NCBI GenBank assembly: GCA_018715585.1
Contig: DVLH01000021.1
Span: 1-31,293 of the forward strand
Source of the DNA: Candidatus Aphodomonas merdavium
GTDB taxonomy: Bacteria > Bacillota > Clostridia > Christensenellales > Aristaeellaceae
Direction: 5' to 3'
DNA length: 31,293 nt
Shown: one piece after another, positions 1 to 9,581 of the stretch
Numbering within the stretch: position 1 is the stretch's first letter
How the letters are laid out: every line of letters starts with the position of its first letter
The notes under the pieces: generated by a model
What the model was told of the DNA's origin: nothing
Database searches by the model: none
What the model saw: only the letters and a program-made list of their open reading frames with translations
Program-made: the position numbers and the translations under genes

Positions 1-42
1 ATCATCGTCCGCCAGAGCGATATTCTGGCCGTCGTTGAATAA
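1..42 (+). CDS. groES: Co-chaperonin GroES, C-terminal fragment (5' part outside window)
   Basis: Frame 1 reads IIVRQSDILAVVE*, resembling the GroES C-terminus, 50 nt upstream of groEL. Confidence 0.85.
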   Translation: MIVRQSDILAVVE

Positions 43-80
43 GCGCGCAGCGCGCATAGTATTATTGGAAAATTTGCTAG

Positions 81-1721
<1,641 letters not shown>

Positions 1722-1753
1722 GCCGTCTTGCGGTAAAGAAAGCAAACAAAACG

Positions 1754-1795
1754 GCGCCTGTCTCCGGTTCCTTTCCGGAACAGGCGCTTTCTTTC
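1754..1795 (+). terminator. Intrinsic terminator of groESL
   Basis: GCGCCTGT-c-TCCGG / CCGGA-ACAGGCGC stem followed by TTTCTTTC. Confidence 0.8.
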
Positions 1796-1814
1796 ATACG
1801 CAAAGGAGGAAACG

Positions 1815-2717
1815 ATGGCAGGCAGGTTTTCCCGCAAGAACGTCGCGCTTGTTTTGCTCTTTACGTTGCTGCTGGTGCTGATCGTAGGCGCGTCGCTGCT
1901 GTTGACGCGCAAAGAATCACCCGTCGTGCTAGCGTTAGAGGCCGGCCCGCAGAGCTGGTGGGCGTGCGCCCTGCCGTCTTTTTCTGGCAGCGCCTACCGC
2001 ACAGCAATCTATCTGGACAATCAATCTGTCCTACAGGCGATGGAGGAAGAAACGGCCGACGCGGCGCTTGTACCCTATGAATCCCTCAGCGCCCTTCCTG
2101 CCGGCTACAAAAGCGCCGCCGTCGTCTCCTGCCTAACGCTCACCGCGGTGGAGCAAAGCGGTGCAAAGGCTGCAACGCTCTCCGCCTTTGCAGGGCGCAC
2201 GGCGCTCATCCCGCAAGCCCTGCGCGACACGCCTGCGTCGGCAATGCTCACCACCTTGTTAGAACGCTCCGGCGTCGCGTTGGACCTTCGCTACGTGGCG
2301 GAGGAAGAAATCCTTGCCGCCGCGCAAAACGGGACGCTCGAGCTAGCCTTCCTGCCTGCGGATCTGGCGGCACAGGTAACGTCCGCCCAGCCGGCGCTGC
2401 GCCCATCGCTCGACCTGGCGGACGCATGGGAACAGACGGCAGGCGCACCTCCGGCGGCATGGGTGCTCGTGCTGAGCGAGCGCGCAATGCAGCAAAAGCC
2501 AAACGGCGTCCGCGAGCTCCTCAGTGCCTGCGAAAGCTCGCTGGGATACGCGCACAAAAGCCATCAAAAGGCAGCCTTGCTCGCGGTGGAAGCCGGGCTG
2601 GACGGCGGCTATGATGCTGCGCAAATTCAGGCCATGTTGCCGCGCGCAGGGTATCGCTTTCTTTCCGGCGCCCAGGCGCGCACGTCTATCCAGGCGCGTG
2701 CCGCGTTGGAGCTTTGA
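1815..2717 (+). CDS. Membrane-anchored periplasmic-binding-fold protein, NitT/TauT (MqnA/MqnD/SBP)-like, divergent, 300 aa
   Basis: AAGGAGG RBS; N-terminal hydrophobic helix; segments ADAALVP, LELAFLP, LDLADAW...VLVL...P.GVRELL resemble clostridial NitT/TauT binding proteins. Confidence 0.65.
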   Translation: MAGRFSRKNVALVLLFTLLLVLIVGASLLLTRKESPVVLALEAGPQSWWACALPSFSGSAYRTAIYLDNQSVLQAMEEETADAALVPYESLSALPAGYKSAAVVSCLTLTAVEQSGAKAATLSAFAGRTALIPQALRDTPASAMLTTLLERSGVALDLRYVAEEEILAAAQNGTLELAFLPADLAAQVTSAQPALRPSLDLADAWEQTAGAPPAAWVLVLSERAMQQKPNGVRELLSACESSLGYAHKSHQKAALLAVEAGLDGGYDAAQIQAMLPRAGYRFLSGAQARTSIQARAALEL

Positions 2718-2775
2718 CGCGGCGGCATCAGCCGCGCAAACGCCGTACTTTCTTTGCATTCCGGCGAAAAAAGGC

Positions 2776-2804
2776 TTGCATTAACGGTGAAATAATGTTA
2801 TACT
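2776..2804 (+). promoter_or_regulatory. SigA promoter of rpmB
   Basis: TTGCAT (2776-2781), 17 nt, TATACT (2799-2804) with extended TG. Confidence 0.85.
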
Positions 2805-2837
2805 AACCTTCGCGACAAACTCAGGGAGGGGAAGAAC

Positions 2838-3029
2838 ATGGGCAAATACTGTCAGATTTGCGGAAAGGGCCTTATGAACGGCAACAACGTCAGCCATTCC
2901 GTGCGGCGTACGCATCGCCGCTGGGCTCCGAACACGCAGCGCGTGCGCGTTGTTGTGGAAGGTTCCGTTTGTCATATGAACGTATGCACCCGTTGCCTGC
3001 GCAGCGGCAAGGTGCAGCGCGCTCAGTAA
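2838..3029 (+). CDS. rpmB: 50S ribosomal protein L28 (zinc-binding C+ form), 63 aa
   Basis: CQICGK...GNNVSHS.RRT.RRW.PN...[11 protein letters not shown]; GGAGG RBS. Confidence 0.98.
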   Translation: MGKYCQICGKGLMNGNNVSHSVRRTHRRWAPNTQRVRVVVEGSVCHMNVCTRCLRSGKVQRAQ

Positions 3030-3061
3030 AAAGAGCGACCCGCAACGCAAAGCAAAAGATT

Positions 3062-3100
3062 CGGCGTTCCGCAGCAAGTGGATGCGCCGTTTTCTTTTTC
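3062..3100 (+). terminator. Probable intrinsic terminator of rpmB
   Basis: Imperfect stem CGGCG-t-TCCGC / GTGGA-tg-CGCCG followed by TTTTCTTTTT. Confidence 0.6.
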
Positions 3101-3104
3101 ACGC

Positions 3105-3128
3105 AAAAAAGCCCCGCTCCGGCGGGGT
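3105..3128 (-). terminator. Intrinsic terminator after the SpoVM-like ORF
   Basis: Minus strand CCCCGC-CGGA-GCGGGG-C then TTTTTT, about 10 nt after the stop at 3139; short T run on the plus side too. Confidence 0.75.
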
Positions 3129-3138
3129 CTTTTCTGCC

Positions 3139-3219
3139 TCAGCGCTTTCTGCGCGCCAATATCCTCAGTAGGCCGCGCAAGCCGCGCGGTGCGCGCAAGC
3201 AGATCATCCGTACTTTCAC
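3139..3219 (-). CDS. spoVM: SpoVM-like spore morphogenetic peptide, 26 aa (MKVRMICLRAPRGLRGLLRILARRKR); absent from the ORF track
   Basis: RBS GAGGAGGTGA 4 nt before GTG; PRGLRGLLR aligns with SpoVM PKFLGGIVR; same length as B. subtilis SpoVM; convergent with rpmB as in B. subtilis; own terminator. Confidence 0.75.
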   Translation of the reverse strand: MKVRMICLRAPRGLRGLLRILARRKR

Positions 3220-3255
3220 CGGCTCACCTCCTCGCGCCTTTTTGCAAGCTGCGCC

Positions 3256-3456
3256 CTACGACGCCCGGCAGACCAGGTAGCCCAGCAGGATGAGCAGCGC
3301 GCCCAAAAGCGCTAGGAAAAAGCCAAACACAAAGCTGAAAAAAATCAGCGCCACGCCCGCAACGATCAGCCCGATGCCCAGCCTGCTGGCCGGGTAGAGC
3401 CGCTCCTGCGCCGGGCCGCTGCGGCAGTTGCCGCAACCTCGCTTCCATCCGTCCAT
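3256..3456 (-). CDS. Small membrane protein, 66 aa, N-terminal CxxC and long hydrophobic C-terminal segment (likely two helices)
   Basis: GAGGTG RBS 6 nt before ATG at 3456 (track start 3465 lies inside the RBS); CGNCR then LGIGLIVAGVALIFFSFVFGFFLALLGALLILLGYLV. Confidence 0.7.
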   Translation of the reverse strand: MDGWKRGCGNCRSGPAQERLYPASRLGIGLIVAGVALIFFSFVFGFFLALLGALLILLGYLVCRAS

Positions 3457-3484
3457 GCGGACCACCTCGTTGCAGAATATGACG

Positions 3485-3522
3485 AAAGCCCCGCGGAAAG
3501 AACGGGGCTTTTTTTGTTTTTT
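3485..3522. terminator. Terminator-like hairpin between the CoA-disulfide reductase gene and the small membrane gene
   Basis: AAAGCCCCG-9 nt-CGGGGCTTT; long T run on the plus side, only TTT on the minus side. Confidence 0.6.
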
Positions 3523-3609
3523 CGCCGTGCCAGGCGAAAGCGCGAAGGCACGTCCATTTTTTGCGCCTGCAGCGCCGTGCGGTCGTTTTTTGTCGCAGCG
3601 CCGCGCCGC

Positions 3610-5289
3610 CTATCGGCACAATCCGCAGCCGCCCACCGCGCTTTGCGCCGCAAACGCGCCGTGGCTGTAAAACCCATATCCACCGGCAACGTTATAGCAA
3701 GCGATCCCGTTTTGCATGAGGATGCGGCAGGCCAGATAGCTGCGCAGCCCGCTTTGGCAATAGACGTAAAACGTCTTCCCCTGGGGCAGTTCGGATAAGC
3801 GCTGCCTCAGCTCGTCCAGCGGCAGGTGCAGCGCGCCCGGGATATGGCCGCTGCGGTATTCCCCGTCCGTGCGCGTATCCAGCAGCACAGTCCCTTCCGG
3901 CGGGCACAGCGCCTGCCGCCAGTGCACCTGGCGCACCTTGCCCGTCAGCAGGTTCTCGATGATAAACCCCGCCATGTTCACGGGATCCTTGGCGGAAGAA
4001 TACGGCGGCGCGTACGCCAGCTCCAGCTCCGCCAAGTCCATGCCCGTCATGCCCGCGCGGATGGCGGCAGACAGCACGTCCACGCGCTTGTCCACCCCTT
4101 CGCCGCCAACGGCCTGTGCGCCCAGGATGCGCCCGGACGGCTTTTCAAACACGACCTTCAGCGTCATGTTGGCCGCGCCGGGATAATACGTGGCATGGGA
4201 CGGCGGGCTTAAAAGCGCATAGTCGCACGCAATGCCGGCCTCCTGCGCCTGGCGGGCCGTCAAGCCCGTTCCGCCCACCGTCATGGTAAAGACCTTGAGC
4301 ACGTTTGACCCCTGCGATCCCCTGTATTCGCTGGCGATGCCGCAAATGTTGTCGGCAGCAATGCGCCCTTGCTTGTTGGCCGGCCCTGCCAGCGCGATCA
4401 GCGCCGGCTGCCCCGTCACCAGGTGGCTCACCTCCACCGCATCGCCCACCGCATAGATGTCCGGGTCGCTCGTGCGCATGTGCGCATCCGTGCGGATGGC
4501 GCCGCGCAACCCCAGCGCAAGCCCCGCCTCCTTCGCCAGCGCGCTTTCCGGCGCAACCCCGGCGGCTAAAATGACAAAATCGGAAACGATGGGCGTATCG
4601 TCCTGGATAAACGTGGCGATACGGCCCTCGCGCCTTTCAAACCCCGTCGCCGCCGTGTTCAGGCGCAGCGTGACGCCATGCCTGCGCAGCTGCTCATGCA
4701 CGAGCGCGGCCATGTCCCCATCGAGCGTGGGGAGCACCTGATCCGTCAGCTGAACAACCGTCACGTCCAACCCCCGGTTGCGCAGGTTTTCCGCCATTTC
4801 CAAGCCGATAAAACCGCCGCCGATCACCGTCGCCGTCCGCGGCGCTTTTTCGTCCACGAAACGGCGGATGCGCAGCGTATCTTCTACCGTGCGCAGCGTA
4901 AAGAGCAGCGGCCCTTCCACCCCGGGCAGCGGCGGCACAATCGGCCGTGCTCCCGGCGCAAGGATCAGCTTGTCGTACGCCTGGGTATAGAGCGTTCCAT
5001 CCTCCAGGCGGCGCACCTGCACCGTCTTGGCTTTGCGGTCAATGCGCACGGCTTCCTGGCGGATGCGCACATCGATGGCGAAGCGGCTCTGCAGGCTTTC
5101 CGGCGTCTGCACGGTCAGCTTCTCGGCCTCCTTGATCTCCCCGCCGATATAATACGGCAGGCCGCAGTTGGCATAGGAAACATAGCCGCTGCGCTCGAGC
5201 ATGATGATTTCCGCCTTCTCGTCCAGCCTGCGCAGCCGTGCCGCAGCGCTCGCACCGCCCGCAACGCCGCCAACAATGACAACTTTCAT
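3610..5289 (-). CDS. CoA-disulfide reductase family FAD oxidoreductase with C-terminal rhodanese domain, 559 aa
   Basis: GGVAGGASAA FAD motif, SYANCGLPYY redox Cys, GGGFIGLE NAD motif, LAYAPPYS, rhodanese YCQSGLRS; AAGGAGG RBS. Confidence 0.93.
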   Translation of the reverse strand: MKVVIVGGVAGGASAAARLRRLDEKAEIIMLERSGYVSYANCGLPYYIGGEIKEAEKLTVQTPESLQSRFAIDVRIRQEAVRIDRKAKTVQVRRLEDGTLYTQAYDKLILAPGARPIVPPLPGVEGPLLFTLRTVEDTLRIRRFVDEKAPRTATVIGGGFIGLEMAENLRNRGLDVTVVQLTDQVLPTLDGDMAALVHEQLRRHGVTLRLNTAATGFERREGRIATFIQDDTPIVSDFVILAAGVAPESALAKEAGLALGLRGAIRTDAHMRTSDPDIYAVGDAVEVSHLVTGQPALIALAGPANKQGRIAADNICGIASEYRGSQGSNVLKVFTMTVGGTGLTARQAQEAGIACDYALLSPPSHATYYPGAANMTLKVVFEKPSGRILGAQAVGGEGVDKRVDVLSAAIRAGMTGMDLAELELAYAPPYSSAKDPVNMAGFIIENLLTGKVRQVHWRQALCPPEGTVLLDTRTDGEYRSGHIPGALHLPLDELRQRLSELPQGKTFYVYCQSGLRSYLACRILMQNGIACYNVAGGYGFYSHGAFAAQSAVGGCGLCR

Positions 5290-5322
5290 CGCTTTTCCTC
5301 CTTCATTTATGCGCTTGCGGGC

Positions 5323-5952
5323 TTATTCCCAGCCCCGCACAATCTCTTCCAGCTCCAAGAGCGTAGCGCGCCCTTCCGTCGCGGACGTAATACGCTCGAA
5401 CACCGGTTCCTTGTCGCGCTTTCGCACGGTGAGCGTCGCCAACACGGCGGTAGAAAACTCGACGTCCTCGCGCACGACGGGCATGGACGCCAGCGCGTAA
5501 TCCAGCTTGTCCCACAGCGCGTAGGGCACCTCGGCATAAAAGCGCACGCTATCCTCCATCGTCACCACGCGCGCGGCGTCCAGCGCGCATTTGGCGCCCT
5601 GGGCGTACGCCCGCGCAAGGCCGCCCGTCCCCAGCAGAATGCCGCCAAACCAGCGCACGACGACGGCCGCGCAATCCACCACGCCCCTCGCCTTCATCGT
5701 TTCCAGGATGGGCAAGCCTGCCGTGCCGCCCGGCTCGCCATCATCGCTGTAGCGCATGATGCCAGCGTTGCGGCCGATGATATAGGCGTAGCAATGATGG
5801 TTGGCGTCCTTGGTTGCCGCGCGCACGCGCGCAAGAAAGTCCAGCGCCTCCTCCTGGGAGCGCGCCGGACTTGCATACCCGCAAAAGCGGGATTTTTTGA
5901 TAATAAAGCTGTCGGACGCCTCCCTGGCAAGCGTCTTGTATCCGTCCGTCAT
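5323..5952 (-). CDS. yigZ: YigZ/IMPACT family protein, 209 aa
   Basis: [45 protein letters not shown]; start overlaps the tyrS stop. Confidence 0.93.
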   Translation of the reverse strand: MTDGYKTLAREASDSFIIKKSRFCGYASPARSQEEALDFLARVRAATKDANHHCYAYIIGRNAGIMRYSDDGEPGGTAGLPILETMKARGVVDCAAVVVRWFGGILLGTGGLARAYAQGAKCALDAARVVTMEDSVRFYAEVPYALWDKLDYALASMPVVREDVEFSTAVLATLTVRKRDKEPVFERITSATEGRATLLELEEIVRGWE

Positions 5953-7172
5953 GCTTTGAGCAAAATGCGGTGGTAGTTCTTTTTGCCGCTGCGCAGCATC
6001 AGCCCGTCCTGGGGGATTTCCTCCGGGCGCAGGACCGCGTTGATATCCGTCACCTTTTCATCGTTGATGGAGACGGCGTTCTGCTCGACGAGCTTGCGCG
6101 CCGCGCTGTTGGATTTGGCAAGCCCCACGAGCGCCAGCAGCGTCGTGATGCGCCCGTCGTTCTCCAGCTGCTCGCGCGTCACCTCCGTGGTGGGCACCGA
6201 GCCGCCCATCGCACCGCCGCCAAAGAGCGCCGCCGCCGCGCCGGCCGCCTTTTCCGCCTCTTCCTGGCCGTGCACCAGCTTGGTCACTTCAAAGGCGAGC
6301 ACTTTCTTTGCCTCGTTAATTTCGCTGCCGGACAGCGCGCCCAGGCGGCGCACCTCGTCCATCGGCAGGAATGTCAAAAGCCCCAGGCATTTTTCCACGT
6401 CCGCATCGTCCACGTTGCGCCAGTACTGGTAGAACTCGTACGGCGTCGTCTTTTCCGCGTCCAGCCAGAGTGCGCCCTTTTCCGTCTTGCCCATTTTTTT
6501 GCCTTCATGGGTCAACAGCAGCTTAAACGTCAGCGCAAACGCGCGCTCCCGCTCCTTGCGGCGGATCAGGTCCGCACCGGCGAGCATGTTGCTCCACTGG
6601 TCGTCCCCACCCATCTGCAAACGGCATCCATAGCGGCGGAACAGCTCCAGGAAATCATAGCCCTGCATGAGCATGTAGTTGAACTCCAGGAACGTCAGGC
6701 CCCGCTCCAGGCGCTGCCGGTAGCATTCCGCCGTCAGCATCTGGTTGACGGAGAAATATTTGCCAATTTCCCGCAGGAAATCGATGTAGTTGAGGCTGCG
6801 CAGCCAATCGGCGTTGTTGGCGATGATCGCGCCGCCCTCGCCGAAATCGAGGAAACGGCTCATCTGCTTTTTGATGGCCTCCACGTTGGCGTCAATCGTC
6901 TCCACGGTCATCATTTTGCGCATGTCCGTTTTGCCGCTGGGGTCGCCCACCATGCCCGTGCCCGCGCCCATGAGCGCAATGGGGCGATGGCCCGCGCGCT
7001 GCATATGCGCCATGGCCATGATGGGGATATAGTGGCCGATATGCAGGCTGTCCGCCGTCGGGTCAAAACCGACGTAAAGCGTCGTCGGCTCCTTGAGCTG
7101 CTCGTACAGCTCGTCCTCAAACGTCACCTGCGCGATAAAGCCGCGTTCCTTGAGCAAATCGAGAATGTGCAT
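5949..7172 (-). CDS. tyrS: Tyrosine--tRNA ligase, 407 aa (start MHILDLL at 7172)
   Basis: [31 protein letters not shown]-terminal S4-like domain; GGAGGAGG RBS. Confidence 0.97.
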   Translation of the reverse strand: MHILDLLKERGFIAQVTFEDELYEQLKEPTTLYVGFDPTADSLHIGHYIPIMAMAHMQRAGHRPIALMGAGTGMVGDPSGKTDMRKMMTVETIDANVEAIKKQMSRFLDFGEGGAIIANNADWLRSLNYIDFLREIGKYFSVNQMLTAECYRQRLERGLTFLEFNYMLMQGYDFLELFRRYGCRLQMGGDDQWSNMLAGADLIRRKERERAFALTFKLLLTHEGKKMGKTEKGALWLDAEKTTPYEFYQYWRNVDDADVEKCLGLLTFLPMDEVRRLGALSGSEINEAKKVLAFEVTKLVHGQEEAEKAAGAAAALFGGGAMGGSVPTTEVTREQLENDGRITTLLALVGLAKSNSAARKLVEQNAVSINDEKVTDINAVLRPEEIPQDGLMLRSGKKNYHRILLKA

Positions 7173-7177
7173 GGCGA

Positions 7178-8356
7178 TTACTCCTCCTCCATGGATTTCT
7201 TCAGCGCCGCAACGCCCTGAACGATCTGTTCCGGCGTGCTGTTGGAAAAGTTCAGCCGCAGCGTGTTGAGATGGCCGCCGTTGGCATAAAAATGCGTCCC
7301 GGGCACGTATGCCACGCCGTTTCGGATGCACTTTTGCAAAAGCGCAACCGTGTCCACGTCCGCCTTGAGCGCACACCAGACGAACAGGCCGCCTTGCGTC
7401 GGGAAAACCTTAACGGGCAGCGCCGCCAGCTCGCGCTGCATCGTTTGCAGCTGGCGCGCGTACATGCCCAGGATTTTTTCCATATGTGCGCCGAGCAGGT
7501 CGCGGGCCAGGTACTCCGCCACGAGCGCCTGGCTGATCAGCGGCGTGTGCAAATCCGTGCTCTGCTTGCCGATGACGAGCTTGCGCAGCAGCTGCGGGTT
7601 TTTCACCACGGCTGCGCCCACGCGCGTGCCGGGGGAAATCAGCTTGGAAAAGCTCGTCAGATAGACCACCAGTCCCTCCGTATCAAACGAGAAGATGGAC
7701 GGCAGGTGGTTCCCCGCATAGCGCAGGCCGCGGTAGGGGTCATCCTCCGCGACGACAAAACCGTAGCGCGCCGCCAGGCGGGCAATCTCCTTGCGCCTTG
7801 CCGTGCTGAGCGTAACGCCCGTGGGGTTTTGAAAGTTGGGGATGGTATAGAGCATCTTGGGCCGGTAGGCGATGGCGGCGCGCTCAAGCGCGTCAATGTC
7901 CAGGCCCTGCTCGTCCATGGGGATTTCCACCAGGTTCGCACCGTAAATACGCATCGCCTGCAGCGAGCCCAGGAACGACGGCCCTTCCACAAGCACCGTA
8001 TCGCCCGGGTTCACAAGCGCTTTCAGCAGCAAATCAACCGCCTGCGTGGACCCCGTCGTCGGCAGGATCTCGCTCTCTGCCACGTCGATTCCCACTTCCT
8101 CGCGCAAAAAGCGCGCCGTCTGCTCGCGCAGCGGCTTCCAGCCTTCCGTCGCGCCGTACTGCAGCAGCGCTTTGCCGTCCGGGCCTGCCAGCACATCGCG
8201 CGCGATCTGCGAAAGCGTCTCGTTGTCCAGCGCGTCCCAGGCGGGGTTGCCGCCGGCGAAGGAGATCATCCCCGGTTGGCCCAGGAGCTTAAAAATATCG
8301 CGGATGGCGCTGCCGGAAACGCCGTCAAACCTGCGGGCAAATTGAAGATCATACAT
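7178..8356 (-). CDS. PLP-dependent class I/II aminotransferase (LysN/aromatic type, no HTH), 392 aa (start MYDLQF at 8356)
   Basis: [45 protein letters not shown]-lysine, LRLNFS; AAGGAGG RBS downstream of the T-box terminator. Confidence 0.92.
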   Translation of the reverse strand: MYDLQFARRFDGVSGSAIRDIFKLLGQPGMISFAGGNPAWDALDNETLSQIARDVLAGPDGKALLQYGATEGWKPLREQTARFLREEVGIDVAESEILPTTGSTQAVDLLLKALVNPGDTVLVEGPSFLGSLQAMRIYGANLVEIPMDEQGLDIDALERAAIAYRPKMLYTIPNFQNPTGVTLSTARRKEIARLAARYGFVVAEDDPYRGLRYAGNHLPSIFSFDTEGLVVYLTSFSKLISPGTRVGAAVVKNPQLLRKLVIGKQSTDLHTPLISQALVAEYLARDLLGAHMEKILGMYARQLQTMQRELAALPVKVFPTQGGLFVWCALKADVDTVALLQKCIRNGVAYVPGTHFYANGGHLNTLRLNFSNSTPEQIVQGVAALKKSMEEE

Positions 8357-8387
8357 AAAGGCGAACCCCTCCTTCTGTGCGTTTACA

Positions 8388-8632
8388 GCCAAGAAAGCGC
8401 CCTCCCTTTGGGGAAGGCGCTTTAGGCGCTGTACCACTTCCATTCGGACGCCCCTGCGGGCGTTCCCTCGTGACGCGCTGTATCCGGCGCACCGGCGCGC
8501 GCTACGCACCCGTTAAGCCGGGCTTCCCGCGCGAGCTCCGGGACGTATTCCGCCGCCATCCGCCGGCCCCTCGCACCACCCGGGGCTTCTCTGGGACGGA
8601 CCCTGCCGCGTACTGGTTCCCATCATCGCAAT
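8388..8632 (-). ncRNA. T-box riboswitch, Tyr specifier (UAC)
   Basis: Minus strand: GCGATGA start, AGTA/GAA loop E, CAGAGAAG, GGTGCGAG, specifier TAC (8547-8545); antiterminator GGAAG-TGGTACA-GCG...CGC-CTTCC; terminator 8394-8423. Confidence 0.93.
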
Positions 8633-8638
8633 AAAGGC

Positions 8639-8667
8639 ATTATACCGGCCAAAAAAACGAATGTCAA
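8639..8667 (-). promoter_or_regulatory. SigA promoter of the Tyr T-box leader
   Basis: TTGACA (8667-8662), 17 nt, TATAAT (8644-8639); perfect consensus. Confidence 0.92.
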
Positions 8668-8781
8668 GAACAAAAACAGCGCGGCGTGTTTTGCCGGCAG
8701 AGACGGCAGCCTGCCATATCGCTTGATCTCTTCCAATGCAAACGCTTTTCGTCACATGCGGTTCCGCCCCTGCATCAGCGG

Positions 8782-9324
8782 CTATGCGCTGCGATATGCG
8801 CGCACGTAGAGCACCCCGCAAGCAAGCACGCAGCCGCACGCAACGGCCTGCATGGTGCTCACCACCGCTCCAGGAATTCTCGGAAAGAGCATCACCGTCA
8901 ACAGCGTCCCGTAAAGCAATGCGGTTGTTACCTTGCCAAACCAGCGCGCGCTATGCAGGCGGCCGCCGCGCCGCAAATAAACTGCGCACAGCGCGGCCAT
9001 TATCCCTTCCTTCACCACAAGGACGGCCACAAGCGGCCAAAGCTGCGCGCCGCCCATCGCCAGGCAGACGGCCAGCGCAACCAGCGTCAGCTTGTCGGCG
9101 GCAGGATCCAGCGCTTTTCCCACCCGCGTCACCGCGCCAAACCGCCGCGCAATCCGCCCATCCGCAACATCCGTCAGCGCCGAAAGCGCCACCAGGCATA
9201 CAGCCAGCACCGTATGCCCTCTCCAATACGCCGCGCAGAAAAATGGAATGAGCGCTATCCGCGTCAAGCTCAACAGGTTTGGCACTGTCCACACCCGTTC
9301 TTGCGCGTCACCTGCCTGCGCCAT
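8782..9324 (-). CDS. CDP-alcohol phosphatidyltransferase family protein (PgsA-like paralog), about 180 aa
   Basis: WTVPNLLSL.R and DVADGRIARR...GKALDPAADK signature; GGAGG RBS before ATG 9324. Confidence 0.92.
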   Translation of the reverse strand: MAQAGDAQERVWTVPNLLSLTRIALIPFFCAAYWRGHTVLAVCLVALSALTDVADGRIARRFGAVTRVGKALDPAADKLTLVALAVCLAMGGAQLWPLVAVLVVKEGIMAALCAVYLRRGGRLHSARWFGKVTTALLYGTLLTVMLFPRIPGAVVSTMQAVACGCVLACGVLYVRAYRSA

Positions 9325-9460
9325 TTTTTCCCCTCCATCCTGCCGTTCGTTTTGAACAGTATCGCGCGTTTGCGGCGCTTTCATCGCAGGAAATTTTTAC
9401 CGCAGCGCTAGCCGTTTGCCGCTTTTGCGCATGCCGGTGGATTCAGCGCAAGGAAGCGGT

Positions 9461-9485
9461 AAAAAAAGCGGCCGCTAGGGCCGCT
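9461..9485 (-). terminator. Intrinsic terminator after the beta-propeller gene
   Basis: Minus strand AGCGGCC-CTAGC-GGCCGCT then T run. Confidence 0.7.
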
Positions 9486-9581
9486 GATAAAACTGACAGC
9501 GCTGTAAAACCGCAAGGGGAAAAGGGCGGCTTTGGCTTTACGCCAAGCGCATGGGTGGAAATCGCCGCGTCCTCTCCTCGT

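Noticed and set aside
7173-7376. N-terminal extension of tyrS in the ORF track
   Set aside because: Overlaps the aminotransferase; the GGAGGAGG RBS and homology point to ATG 7172
8357-8509. N-terminal extension of the aminotransferase
   Set aside because: Runs through the T-box antiterminator and terminator; the RBS supports ATG 8356
8737-8750. cre/LacI-like TGCAAACGCTTTTC
   Set aside because: Several mismatches to the cre consensus and about 70 nt upstream of the -35; not distinguishable from chance
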